From Candidatus Bathyarchaeia archaeon (GTDB lineage: Archaea; Thermoproteota; Bathyarchaeia; Bathyarchaeales; Bathycorpusculaceae): DNA of 64,000 bases. Positions within the stretch are counted from its first letter, which is position 1; each line of letters opens with the position of its first letter. This document shows positions 37,875 through 49,451 of the stretch, one piece after another. A program made the translations under genes and the position numbers. The notes beneath the pieces are model-generated. The model searched no databases and was not told the origin of the DNA. It worked only from the letters and a program-made list of their open reading frames with translations. Location: assembly GCA_038882955.1 (NCBI GenBank), contig JAVZNC010000001.1, positions 128,001 to 192,000 of the forward strand. Reading direction: 5' to 3'.

Positions 37875-38750
37875 CTAGCCTATTTTGCTTAGTACTGGGT
37901 CCAATTTTACCTTGTGGAAATCGAGTGCAAGCTCTTTTGGGTCTACTCCTAGGCTTACGCTCAAAAGTTCAGCGTAATGAATTACTGGTATGTTGTATTC
38001 TTCCTTGTATGTGGTTTTTATTAGCATTTGCCCAAGGTCCAGTGTTAGGAAGCAGAATGGACAGAGCGTTGATATGCAGTCTGCGCCAGCCTTTGAAGCG
38101 TTTACTATTTTGTCTCTTGCTATGGCTAAAGCCACGTCGTCAGCGTAGCCCCGCAGTAAACCGCCACAACACTTCAACTTATTCCTATACCAAATGCTTT
38201 TGGCGCCCAACACTTCAATCAAATCGTCAAAGATTTTCGGTCGTTCTGGATCATCAAACCTCAAGAGCGCGCTTGGTCTAAGCAGGTGGCAACCAGAAAA
38301 GGCTGCTACTTTAAGCTTGCTCAGCGGTTTTGCAACGCTTTTCTTTAGGTTGTTCAAACCGACATCGTTCATCAAAACTTGAAGGTAATGCCGAACTTCC
38401 CTGTTTCCCTTAAACTCTTTCCCAACAGATGCGAGAATCTTGTTAACCCTTTCCCTAAGCTCATTTTTTTCCTTCAGAAGGGTGTTAGCCATGGCAAGCG
38501 ATTCGAAGCACCCAGTGCACAACGTGACTATGTTTAGGTCCGCTTCTTCGGCTAGGCAGATGTTGTACGCGGCGATGGCAAGGCTTGTTTCCAAGTCTAT
38601 TGACTGCAGTGGCGGCGGGGCGCAGCACGTCATGTTCTCCAAGTCGATAAGTTCTATTCCAAGTTTTGTTAGGGCTTTACGCGCCGCCAACTCATAGTGT
38701 GGTTGCCGCGCGGGTATGGTGCATCCTAAAAACAGGGCGTAACTTGTCAT
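37875..38750 (-). CDS. hdrB: Heterodisulfide reductase subunit B (copy 2)
   Basis: FLGCTIP, TCCAP, CTGC, GCHLLRP, KCCGG, CPFC. Confidence 0.92.
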   Translation of the reverse strand: MTSYALFLGCTIPARQPHYELAARKALTKLGIELIDLENMTCCAPPPLQSIDLETSLAIAAYNICLAEEADLNIVTLCTGCFESLAMANTLLKEKNELRERVNKILASVGKEFKGNREVRHYLQVLMNDVGLNNLKKSVAKPLSKLKVAAFSGCHLLRPSALLRFDDPERPKIFDDLIEVLGAKSIWYRNKLKCCGGLLRGYADDVALAIARDKIVNASKAGADCISTLCPFCFLTLDLGQMLIKTTYKEEYNIPVIHYAELLSVSLGVDPKELALDFHKVKLDPVLSKIG

Positions 38751-39265
38751 TGCGCTTCACTCTTCTTAAACTGGATTTTGTCGAATCCCGTTGCCGAGAG
38801 AATACGCCTAACAGCTTCGACATTTGCTGGCTTGAGTTGCGGCAAACCGTATTCGGCGCGCTTTTTCTCGAGAAACTTTGATATTGGGACTATGCGTCCT
38901 TCGTTCATTAGTCCAGCTGCAAATTCTGCGTAAATGTTTGGCACGTTTCCCTCGCGGATGGCAATGTTCCTCAAGGCGTAGATTACGTCGGCTATCTCGA
39001 CTTTCTGTGGACAACGTTCTTGACAGTTGTAGCACGAGGAACAAAGCCAGATGGCGCCGCCAGATAATACATCATCTCTTAATCCAAGCAGCGCAAGCCT
39101 AATAATTTCTCTCGGATTATATTTATCAGTAATTTTTGCCACTGGGCAGCTTGCAGCGCATGTTCCACACTGGTAGCATAGCGTTATTGTTTCTCCGCCG
39201 AGCCTGCTGGTTATTTCCTTGGCGAATCCCTTTGTCGACACTTTCTTTTGTGCTTCCTCAGCCAT
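38747..39265 (-). CDS. hdrC: Heterodisulfide reductase subunit C (copy 2)
   Basis: CYQCGTCAASCP, IWLCSSCYNCQERCP. Confidence 0.92.
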   Translation of the reverse strand: MAEEAQKKVSTKGFAKEITSRLGGETITLCYQCGTCAASCPVAKITDKYNPREIIRLALLGLRDDVLSGGAIWLCSSCYNCQERCPQKVEIADVIYALRNIAIREGNVPNIYAEFAAGLMNEGRIVPISKFLEKKRAEYGLPQLKPANVEAVRRILSATGFDKIQFKKSEAQ

Positions 39266-39288
39266 GGGATTACCGTCCTTTTCTTGGT

Positions 39289-41709
39289 TTAGGCTAGTTG
39301 GAGTGCGCCAAGCCTCTCCACTTTTTCAGTCATAGCCTTTGCGGCTTCGGCGAACTTGTCGCCTTCTATGTAAACCATGTTGAACATTTCGAGACGTTCT
39401 GGTTCAATGCCATACTCTCTTAGCAAAACCTTTGCAAGCTCCACCTTCTTCTGTGCCTTCTGGCTTCCAACCTCGTAGTGGCAACCGTCTGGCTTACATC
39501 CGACAACCATGACTCCTTGAGCGCCAGCCTTGAAAGCTTCGAGTATGTGCTGTACTTGCAGTACGCCAGTGCATGGCACACGCAGCACGCGAACGTTTGC
39601 TGGATAATCCAACATAGCCATTCCAGAAGAGTCAACAGCGGCGTGACCACACTCCGAACAGCAGAAAGCCAAAACAAGCGGTTTTGATGCTCCATTAACG
39701 GACAGCAGCGCTTTCATCTGGGCTGAAATTTGGCTTGGCTTCAAGTGGCGAAGCTCAATTGCTCCGACGGGGCATGTGCCAACGCAGACGCCGCAGCCCT
39801 CGCATAAGAGGTCATCCACATGAGCAACCATGTGTCCGTCAGCCTTTTCCGTTAGTGTTATCGCCCCGTATGGGCATATGACCGGGCAGAATTCGCAGTC
39901 TCCGCAATAATCCTCGTTTACGTAGGCTGTTTTTTGGTCTTTGACGATTTTGCCGTTCAATAGAAACTTGGCAGCCTTAACAGCGGCCGAATGAGCATGA
40001 AGCGAAGTTGTAGGCGCATCTTTGGGAAATATTGCTCCACCGCAAATGAATATACCTCGCTTCTTTGTTTCTGTAGGTCTAAGTTTGGCATTGTATTCCT
40101 TAAAGAAGCCGTCCTTGTCCAGTTCTAAGCCGAGCAAATCTGCAAGCTGCTTTGCGTCTTCAACTGGCACCATTGCGGGCGATAAGACGACAAGGTCTGC
40201 TTCTAGTTCCAAGAACCTTCTTAAAAGTTCATCTTCAACATCGACGATTAGCAGGTTTGCTTCTGGGTCGTGCAAGATTTCTGTTGGTCTCCCCTTCACA
40301 AATTTTATTCCCATCTCACGTGCGCGTTCATAATAGTATTCGTGTTCCCTTCCAGTGGTTCTTATGTCAATGTAGCATATTGTTACGTCAGCATCTGGAA
40401 AAGCCGACTTAATCAGTGTGGCATGCTTCAGCGATATCATGCAGCATATGCTTGAACAGTACGGGTTCCAGCGTCTATCTCTAGAACCAACGCATTGAAT
40501 GAAAACTATCCTTTTTGCTGGTTTCTTGTCTGATGGCCGTATTATCATGCCCTTTGTTGGACCGAAAGCATCAATCATCCTTGCAAGTTCAAGCTGCGTT
40601 ATCACGTCTGGATACTCGCCGTAATGATACTCCTTTATCACGCTTGGGTCGTACTCCCTAAAACCAGTGGCAACAATTATGCTGCCCACATTAAGCGTAA
40701 CCTTCTTGCTCTTCTGGTTCAGCTCAATCGCCTTTGTCGGACAAGCTTCAACACACTTGCCGCACTCAGCGAATTTGCATGCATCAGCGTCTATGACGTA
40801 CACTGGCGGATAAACAAGCGGCGTGTTAATGTAAATCGCCTTCCTATTCTTCAGCCTCGCGTTATATTCATCTGGAACTTCAACTGGACAAACAGAAGCA
40901 CACAAATCGCATGCAACACACTTTTCCTCATTAACGTACCTAGGCTTTCTTTCAACTGTCACCTTGTAGTTTCCAGGCGCGCCATCGACTTTCACAACTC
41001 TAGAGTTTGTCAGCACGTTTAGGTTTGGAATTTCTGAGAAGCCAGAACGGTAAACGCATTTCCGCGAAGTATGCGTTATTGTCTTCACATCTGAAGCTGG
41101 CGACTGAATGCATATTGCACAGTCATCCGTCGGGAAAAACCGCCCAGCCTTCGCAGCTAACCCGCCGAGAAACGGCTCCTTCTCGACGAGGTAAACCTCA
41201 AAGCCCATGTCCGCTAGGTCTTCTGCAGCCTGCATTCCCGCAAGTCCGCCGCCTATAACGAGAACAGATTTTACGGCTGGAAACTCCAGTTTCTCAATCG
41301 GCTCTGCAAGTTTTACGCGCTCTATCGCAGCCAAAAGCATTGCCTTTGCCTTTTCCGTGGCTTCTTTAGGCGCGTCACGGTGTGGCCATGCGCAGTTATC
41401 CTTTATGTCTATGACTTCAACGAAGTTGGGGTTAAGTCCAACAGCTTCCAGAGATTCTGCGATGTTTATTTCACCGATTTTTGGTATGCTTTCCGCAACG
41501 ACTACACGGTCTATTTTGCCGCTTTTCACGGCTTCAACTACCGTTTTTAATCCTTGACCTCGCCAGAATTCGCTTCCGACAGCCACAAGAGAAACTTGTG
41601 GAACAATTTTCAGATGGTTCGCTATTTCCTCGAAGTTTAGAATTGCGGATAGCTGTTTTCCGCAGTCGGATAGGAATACTCCAATTTTTGCCTCTTCCAT
41701 TTCCGTCAC
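39289..41709 (-). CDS. hdrA: HdrA-MvhD fusion (copy 2), degenerate N-terminal domain
   Basis: GGGLAG, FPTDDCAIC, ferredoxin insert, QCVGSRD..CSSICC, C-terminal ferredoxin, then MvhD (FCCSEC, VPCTG, GCKPDGCHY). Confidence 0.9.
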   Translation of the reverse strand: MTEMEEAKIGVFLSDCGKQLSAILNFEEIANHLKIVPQVSLVAVGSEFWRGQGLKTVVEAVKSGKIDRVVVAESIPKIGEINIAESLEAVGLNPNFVEVIDIKDNCAWPHRDAPKEATEKAKAMLLAAIERVKLAEPIEKLEFPAVKSVLVIGGGLAGMQAAEDLADMGFEVYLVEKEPFLGGLAAKAGRFFPTDDCAICIQSPASDVKTITHTSRKCVYRSGFSEIPNLNVLTNSRVVKVDGAPGNYKVTVERKPRYVNEEKCVACDLCASVCPVEVPDEYNARLKNRKAIYINTPLVYPPVYVIDADACKFAECGKCVEACPTKAIELNQKSKKVTLNVGSIIVATGFREYDPSVIKEYHYGEYPDVITQLELARMIDAFGPTKGMIIRPSDKKPAKRIVFIQCVGSRDRRWNPYCSSICCMISLKHATLIKSAFPDADVTICYIDIRTTGREHEYYYERAREMGIKFVKGRPTEILHDPEANLLIVDVEDELLRRFLELEADLVVLSPAMVPVEDAKQLADLLGLELDKDGFFKEYNAKLRPTETKKRGIFICGGAIFPKDAPTTSLHAHSAAVKAAKFLLNGKIVKDQKTAYVNEDYCGDCEFCPVICPYGAITLTEKADGHMVAHVDDLLCEGCGVCVGTCPVGAIELRHLKPSQISAQMKALLSVNGASKPLVLAFCCSECGHAAVDSSGMAMLDYPANVRVLRVPCTGVLQVQHILEAFKAGAQGVMVVGCKPDGCHYEVGSQKAQKKVELAKVLLREYGIEPERLEMFNMVYIEGDKFAEAAKAMTEKVERLGALQLA

Positions 41710-43163
41710 CTTTCAATTTTCTTTATTAACTGCCTCTCGGAATTGTAAATTTCAACTTGCAACGGCATTTGCCCAACTGCAAAGTGTGTGGCACACGCGA
41801 AACACGGGTCATACGCCCTAAAAGCCATCTCAACCATATTCAAAATGCCATCGTTAACCCTGCCATTTTTTATCAGCGCCTTCGCGGCGTCTTTTATTGA
41901 TATGCATATGCTCGGCGCATTATGCGTCGTAGCCACGATGAGGTTGACTTTTTTGGCTAATGCCTTCTCGTCAAGTATGTAATGGTGTATAAGCGTTCCA
42001 CGTGCAGCTTCAACTATGCCAACGCCCTCGCCTGGTTTTTCTGGCTTATTCCGAATATCCTTGCTTGTTATTTCTGGGTCTGTTACTAGTTCTAGTGCGC
42101 GTTCAGCCGCATACAAAAGTTCTATTAGCCTAGCCCAGTGATACGCCAAAGTATTGTGGACTGGTTTTCCGCCAAGCGTCTTATACATTCTTTCATATTC
42201 AGCCTGCGCTAGGGCTGTTGCCATCCCGTCTGCAGCGTTAAGCCTTCCAAGCGGTCCAACACGGTATAGTCCACTTTGGGGTCCGCCGACCAAGCCTTTC
42301 CATCCAACCTTCTTTAGGTATGGCAGCTTCACGTATGTCCATGGTTCCACATGCTCTTCAATCACGTCCAAGTATTCTTTTGGCTTGAATTTGACGAACT
42401 CTTTTCCGTTTGGGTCTACAACGCGTACGTCGCCATCATAGAAGTTCACGTGGTTGTTTTTGTCAACCAAGCCCATGTAATAGGTTGGGAGCGTGTATGC
42501 TTCGCTTTTTATTAGGTTGACGTAGTCCGTGTTTTTCAACACTATGTCGTCGAAGAGTTTTAGGCTGAATTTCGCGAATTCAAGGCAGCTTCTCGCCATC
42601 TTCTCGATTTCGCGTCGCTCTTCTTCTGAAAGTGGTTTTGAAACGCCCCCGGGTATGCACGCGCTAACTGGATGTGTCGCCTTTCCGCCCAAAATCTCCG
42701 TTATCTTTTGCCCGTAAGCCCTATGTTTTATGACTCCCTTGCCTATTTCGAGTCCAGCTTTTTCAATGACTCCTATAACGTTTCTTTTTTCTGGTGGAGC
42801 ATCGGGTCCAACGACGAAGTCTGGACCGCCAAGGTAGTAGAAGTGTAATGTGTGGTCGTAGAGGTAATAGCCGCAATACATTAGTTCGCGAAGTTTTTTG
42901 GCGGTTTCTGTTGGTTCAACGTTAAACGCTGCGTCAAGCGCCTTTGCGCCTGCCATGTGATGTGCAACTGGGCAGACGCCGCAAATTCTCGTTGTTATTA
43001 TTGGTAGGTCTTCGGCTCTTCTTCCTTCGCAGAATCTTTCGAAGCCTCGCAGTTCTGGGACTTGGAAGTAGGCTTCTTCCACATTTCCAGCTTCGTTTAG
43101 GAATATTGTTATTTTTCCGTGTCCCTCAAGCCTCGTTATTGGGTTTATGACTATTTCCTTCAT
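41706..43163 (-). CDS. mvhA: Group 3c [NiFe]-hydrogenase large subunit (copy 2)
   Basis: TRLEGHG, RICGVCP, RAYDPCFACATH plus C-terminal extension. Confidence 0.93.
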   Translation of the reverse strand: MKEIVINPITRLEGHGKITIFLNEAGNVEEAYFQVPELRGFERFCEGRRAEDLPIITTRICGVCPVAHHMAGAKALDAAFNVEPTETAKKLRELMYCGYYLYDHTLHFYYLGGPDFVVGPDAPPEKRNVIGVIEKAGLEIGKGVIKHRAYGQKITEILGGKATHPVSACIPGGVSKPLSEEERREIEKMARSCLEFAKFSLKLFDDIVLKNTDYVNLIKSEAYTLPTYYMGLVDKNNHVNFYDGDVRVVDPNGKEFVKFKPKEYLDVIEEHVEPWTYVKLPYLKKVGWKGLVGGPQSGLYRVGPLGRLNAADGMATALAQAEYERMYKTLGGKPVHNTLAYHWARLIELLYAAERALELVTDPEITSKDIRNKPEKPGEGVGIVEAARGTLIHHYILDEKALAKKVNLIVATTHNAPSICISIKDAAKALIKNGRVNDGILNMVEMAFRAYDPCFACATHFAVGQMPLQVEIYNSERQLIKKIER

Positions 43164-44099
43164 CTAGCGCACCTTCCTTTTTAGGATGGAGTTTGCAAGA
43201 GAATACTTGTAGAAGGTTCCAACTGGGTCAACGATTTGTTCGATAACGCTTGGGTCCGCGGCTATCGACGCGAAGGCGCTTATCATGGCTGCGCCTTGGT
43301 CTGTTACTCTCGGCGTTGGTCCACCGCATCCCGTGCATGGCACATTAGCCTTTAAGCATTGGGCGCCGCATCCGCCTCTTGTGGCTGGTCCCATGCAGAC
43401 GACGCCTTGGTCTAGGAAGCATGTTTTGAAGTCGTCTTCTATCTCGTAGATTCTCTTTACTTGTGTGATTTTTCTGTCCTTTTTCTCTCTTGGGCATTCG
43501 TCGCATATCGACTTGTTCAGTAGGAAACTCGCGCCCTTTGGCGGCAGTTTTCCGCTTACTATTGCCTCTAAAGCTTCTATTATGTGTGGAACAGGTGGCG
43601 GACAGCCCGAAATGAAATAGTCAACATCAACCGTTTGGGCTAGGGTTTTAACAGTGTCGTAAAACTCTGGAAGTTCAAGCTCGCCTTCCTTAACTTTTAG
43701 GCGTGGTTGGGGAGTAACACCCTGCGGGTTTTTCGTTGAAGGCGTTTCGAAGTAGGCTCTCTCAAAGATTTTCTGCCTATCCCAGAGGTTCCCAAGTCCT
43801 ATGACGCAGCCATCGCATGCGCATGAACCGAAAGCCACAAGAACCTTTGACTTTTGCCTTAACAGTTTAGCCATATATTCCTGTTCGCTGTTACGAATTG
43901 CGCCGTTGAAGAAGCACACGTCTATGCTCTTGTCTGGCATTGCCTCAACGTCTTTGTATTTTATGTCCATTGCTACTGGCCAAAAGACGATGTCGGCTTT
44001 GGCTATGACGTCTAGGATTTTCTCGTTTATATCCAGAACGGCGATTTCGCAGCCGCCACAACTCGCAGCCCAATAAAACGCAAACTTTAGCTTCTCCAT
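43164..44099 (-). CDS. mvhG: Group 3c [NiFe]-hydrogenase small subunit (copy 2)
   Basis: SCGGC, GSCA, SGCPP, ICDECP, CMGPAT, CTGCGG. Confidence 0.92.
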   Translation of the reverse strand: MEKLKFAFYWAASCGGCEIAVLDINEKILDVIAKADIVFWPVAMDIKYKDVEAMPDKSIDVCFFNGAIRNSEQEYMAKLLRQKSKVLVAFGSCACDGCVIGLGNLWDRQKIFERAYFETPSTKNPQGVTPQPRLKVKEGELELPEFYDTVKTLAQTVDVDYFISGCPPPVPHIIEALEAIVSGKLPPKGASFLLNKSICDECPREKKDRKITQVKRIYEIEDDFKTCFLDQGVVCMGPATRGGCGAQCLKANVPCTGCGGPTPRVTDQGAAMISAFASIAADPSVIEQIVDPVGTFYKYSLANSILKRKVR

Positions 44100-44220
44100 C
44101 TCCGCACCAGCTTGTTTTAATGGAAAGTTGATAATTGCACTTCTGTGATTTAAATTTAGCCATAGTAAATAGAGAAAAAACTACGTGCATTATATTTGAT
44201 TTAAATGTAGCATATAAATG

Positions 44221-47019
44221 CTAGGCGCCAATGGCTTCTGCTTCTCGATGTTCTTCCCTTTTGGGACTTAACGCTGAACTCTCCGCTTCTTGAAAGTTCT
44301 TAGTTTCTTGGCATTGCGCCGCAGACTCTTCCTCTTTCAGGTTTAGGGTGCCCTTGACTGTGCCGTCCTCTTGATATTTAAGCGTAAAGCCCATCTTTCT
44401 CGTTAGGTTTATAGCCCGATAATTGTCTGGAAGCATTATAGCGTAAAGCATTTCCACGCCCATGTCCTTGCAAACCTCAATTGTGTAATCCACCATTTTT
44501 GTGCCTAAACCCAAGCCTTGCCACGGGTCAGCAACTATGAAGGCTATTTCGCCTGATTTTCTATCTGGTTCTAGGCTTACGCGGGCAACTCCCAATATTC
44601 GCCTTTGTCCATTCTCGTTTAATTCGGCTACGATGGCTATTTCTCTGTCATAGTCGATGTTGCAGTAGCGCACACGCACCTCATGCGGCGTGTCCTTGAT
44701 TATTTGGAAGAACCTGTAGCGTATGGATTCTTCTGAGAAGTTTTTGAACATTTCAAGCCACAGGGGCTCGTCTTCAGGCTTTATCGGCCTCAGTAAGACT
44801 GTTCGCCCATCGCGCATACGCCATAGCGTCTCGTATTTCTTCGGGTATGGGCTTATGACTAAGTGCTGGTGAGGCTCAAGCCTTTGGAAGACAAGCTCTT
44901 TATCAATTACGATTCGAGCGTCAAGCGCGCAAGCATCTTTATCGTTAATCAAAAGCGGGTTTATGTCGACTTCCTTAAACTGTGGGAAATCAACGAGCAA
45001 CTGCGAGAAGCGCAAAATTACCTCTTCAAGAAGTTTAGTGTTTGCTGGAGGCACGTTCCTATAGCCCTTCAAAAGCTGGTAAACCTTTGTTTCTTCCATT
45101 AAGCGTCTAACCAATGTTTGGTTTAATGGTGGGAGCCCTATGGAAAAGTCTTTGAAAAGTTCAACTCCAACGCCGCCCATGCCGAAGAGTATTACTGGTC
45201 CGAAAAGCGGGTCTTTCTTTGCTCCAAGTATAACCTCGTATCCTTTCTTCTTAATCATGGGCTGAACAGTGACGCCGAGAATCTCCGCTTGTGGATTATA
45301 GCTTTTCGCGTTACGCATAATCTGTTCAAATGCCTCCCTAACTTCAGTCTCATTTTTTAGGTCTAGGAAGACTCCGCCAGCATCCGTCTTGTGAACAATT
45401 TGCGGAGACAAAATTTTAAGCACAACTGGGTAGCCAATCTGTGAAGCACATGCTACTGCTTCATCCGCCGTTGTTGCCACTAGGGTTTTGGTAACTGGGA
45501 AACCGTAATATTCAAGCAGTTTTTTTGCTTCGGCTTCTGTTAGAAGCTCGCGGTTTTCTAGGGCTGCGTTTCGCATTATGACTTGTATTGGACGCTTTGG
45601 CGGGGCAGCGTCAACTGGAAGCTCTTCTGGAGTTTCATAAAGCAGTTCGAGGTTGCGCTTGTACTGGTACATGTAAAGATAAGTCTTTATGGCTTGTTCG
45701 GGAGTTGCGTATGTTGGAATGCCATTTTCGTTAAATATGCGGTTGGCTTCTTCAACGGCACCATAACCCATGAACGATGTTAACACTGTCTTATTCTGGT
45801 ACGCCATGCCTTTATAGACTTCAACTATGCCCTTCGCGATTTCAACTGGCTCGGCAACCGCCTGCGCAGTGTAAATTATTAATATGCCGTCAACATTCTC
45901 GTCTTTTAAACAGGCTTCGAGAACAGCCTTATAGCGGTCAGCTCTTGCGTCGCCCAAAATGTCTATTGGGTTACCGCGACTCCAATAATGCGGCAGTATG
46001 CCGTTAAGAAACTCCATTGTTTTTGGACTGAGTTTGGCTAGTTTTCCGCCTCTTGCTATGAGCGCGTCAGTAGCCATAACTCCTGGACCACCAGCATTTG
46101 TTATTATGGCGAGGTTTGGACCTTTGGGAAGCGGTTGTAAGCCCAAAACTTCGGCACAGTTGAATAAGTCGGCTATTTCTTCTACGCGTACTATGCCCGC
46201 ACGTTTGAACGCAGCGTCGTAAACGTCATCTTCGCCAGTCATCGAACCAGTGTGTGAGGCTGCCGCTTTTGCGCTTTCTCCGAATTTTCCAGCCTTAACA
46301 ACTATTATTGGCTTTGTTCTTGCGAAGTGGCGGGCTGCGCTCATGAATTTTCTCGCGTTTGTTATTCCCTCGATATACATGAGGATGCTTCTTGTTTTTG
46401 GATCTGTTCCAAAATAGTCTATTAAATCGCCGAAATCAACATCTATCATTGAACCAACAGAGACGAAGTTGCTGAAGCCAATGTTTTCATACATAGCCCA
46501 GTCGAGAATCGCCGAGCCCAAAGCGCCGCTTTGGCTTATGAAGGCTATATTCCCCTCTTTAGGCATCTTGTTTAGGAATGTTGCGTTCAGCTTGTTGCTT
46601 GGGCGGATTATTCCCAAACAGTTCGGTCCAACAATACGCAAACCATACTTGCTTTTTATTTCTAGGATTTTGTCTTCTAGGGCTTTGCCCTCTGGACCAA
46701 CCTCTTTGAAGCCAGCGCTTATGATTATTATGCCCTTTATCCCAGCCTTTCCGCATTGTTCAACAATGTCTGGAACGGTTTTGGCTGGAGTTGCAATCAC
46801 CGCCAAATCAACAGTTTCTGGAATCTGCTCAACTGACGGGTAAGCTTTTAAACCCAAAATCTCGTTTTTGCGAATGTTAACTGGGTAAACTCTACCCTTA
46901 AAACCAAAATCCAAGAAATTCTTCATAAGCGCGTATCCAACGCTTCCTTCTTCGTCGCTTGCGCCGATTACTGCGATGCTTTTTGGATTGAAAATTTTGT
47001 CAAGATATGTGGTAACCAA
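44221..47019 (-). CDS. ADP-forming acyl-CoA synthetase (alpha-beta fusion) with C-terminal GNAT acetyltransferase (Pat/PatZ architecture)
   Basis: IAVIGAS, GPNCLG, SQSGA, AASHTGS, NPIDILG, ATP-grasp HKTDAGGV..DINPL, then LRPIKPED..RYRFF..WQGLGLG GNAT. Confidence 0.9.
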   Translation of the reverse strand: MVTTYLDKIFNPKSIAVIGASDEEGSVGYALMKNFLDFGFKGRVYPVNIRKNEILGLKAYPSVEQIPETVDLAVIATPAKTVPDIVEQCGKAGIKGIIIISAGFKEVGPEGKALEDKILEIKSKYGLRIVGPNCLGIIRPSNKLNATFLNKMPKEGNIAFISQSGALGSAILDWAMYENIGFSNFVSVGSMIDVDFGDLIDYFGTDPKTRSILMYIEGITNARKFMSAARHFARTKPIIVVKAGKFGESAKAAASHTGSMTGEDDVYDAAFKRAGIVRVEEIADLFNCAEVLGLQPLPKGPNLAIITNAGGPGVMATDALIARGGKLAKLSPKTMEFLNGILPHYWSRGNPIDILGDARADRYKAVLEACLKDENVDGILIIYTAQAVAEPVEIAKGIVEVYKGMAYQNKTVLTSFMGYGAVEEANRIFNENGIPTYATPEQAIKTYLYMYQYKRNLELLYETPEELPVDAAPPKRPIQVIMRNAALENRELLTEAEAKKLLEYYGFPVTKTLVATTADEAVACASQIGYPVVLKILSPQIVHKTDAGGVFLDLKNETEVREAFEQIMRNAKSYNPQAEILGVTVQPMIKKKGYEVILGAKKDPLFGPVILFGMGGVGVELFKDFSIGLPPLNQTLVRRLMEETKVYQLLKGYRNVPPANTKLLEEVILRFSQLLVDFPQFKEVDINPLLINDKDACALDARIVIDKELVFQRLEPHQHLVISPYPKKYETLWRMRDGRTVLLRPIKPEDEPLWLEMFKNFSEESIRYRFFQIIKDTPHEVRVRYCNIDYDREIAIVAELNENGQRRILGVARVSLEPDRKSGEIAFIVADPWQGLGLGTKMVDYTIEVCKDMGVEMLYAIMLPDNYRAINLTRKMGFTLKYQEDGTVKGTLNLKEEESAAQCQETKNFQEAESSALSPKREEHREAEAIGA

Positions 47020-47212
47020 AGCAGATGACCATCCCCTAGTTAGATGTGGATGTGGACGTGCGCGGAAATTAAAACTTTATGTTGTGTAAATCAAATTTCG
47101 CTTGAACGCACCAGAAATACTAGAGGAAAGAAGCCGCTATTGGCTTTTTCCCAAACCAAAAAACGTAGATAGGGTATCCATTTTATGATTTAGCAGACGC
47201 CTAAATTTGACA

Positions 47213-49451
<2,239 letters not shown>

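Noticed and set aside
24498-44099. Evidence for methanogenesis or alkane activation
   Set aside because: Hdr/Mvh occur widely in non-methanogens; no mcr/acr, mtr or com genes are in this window.
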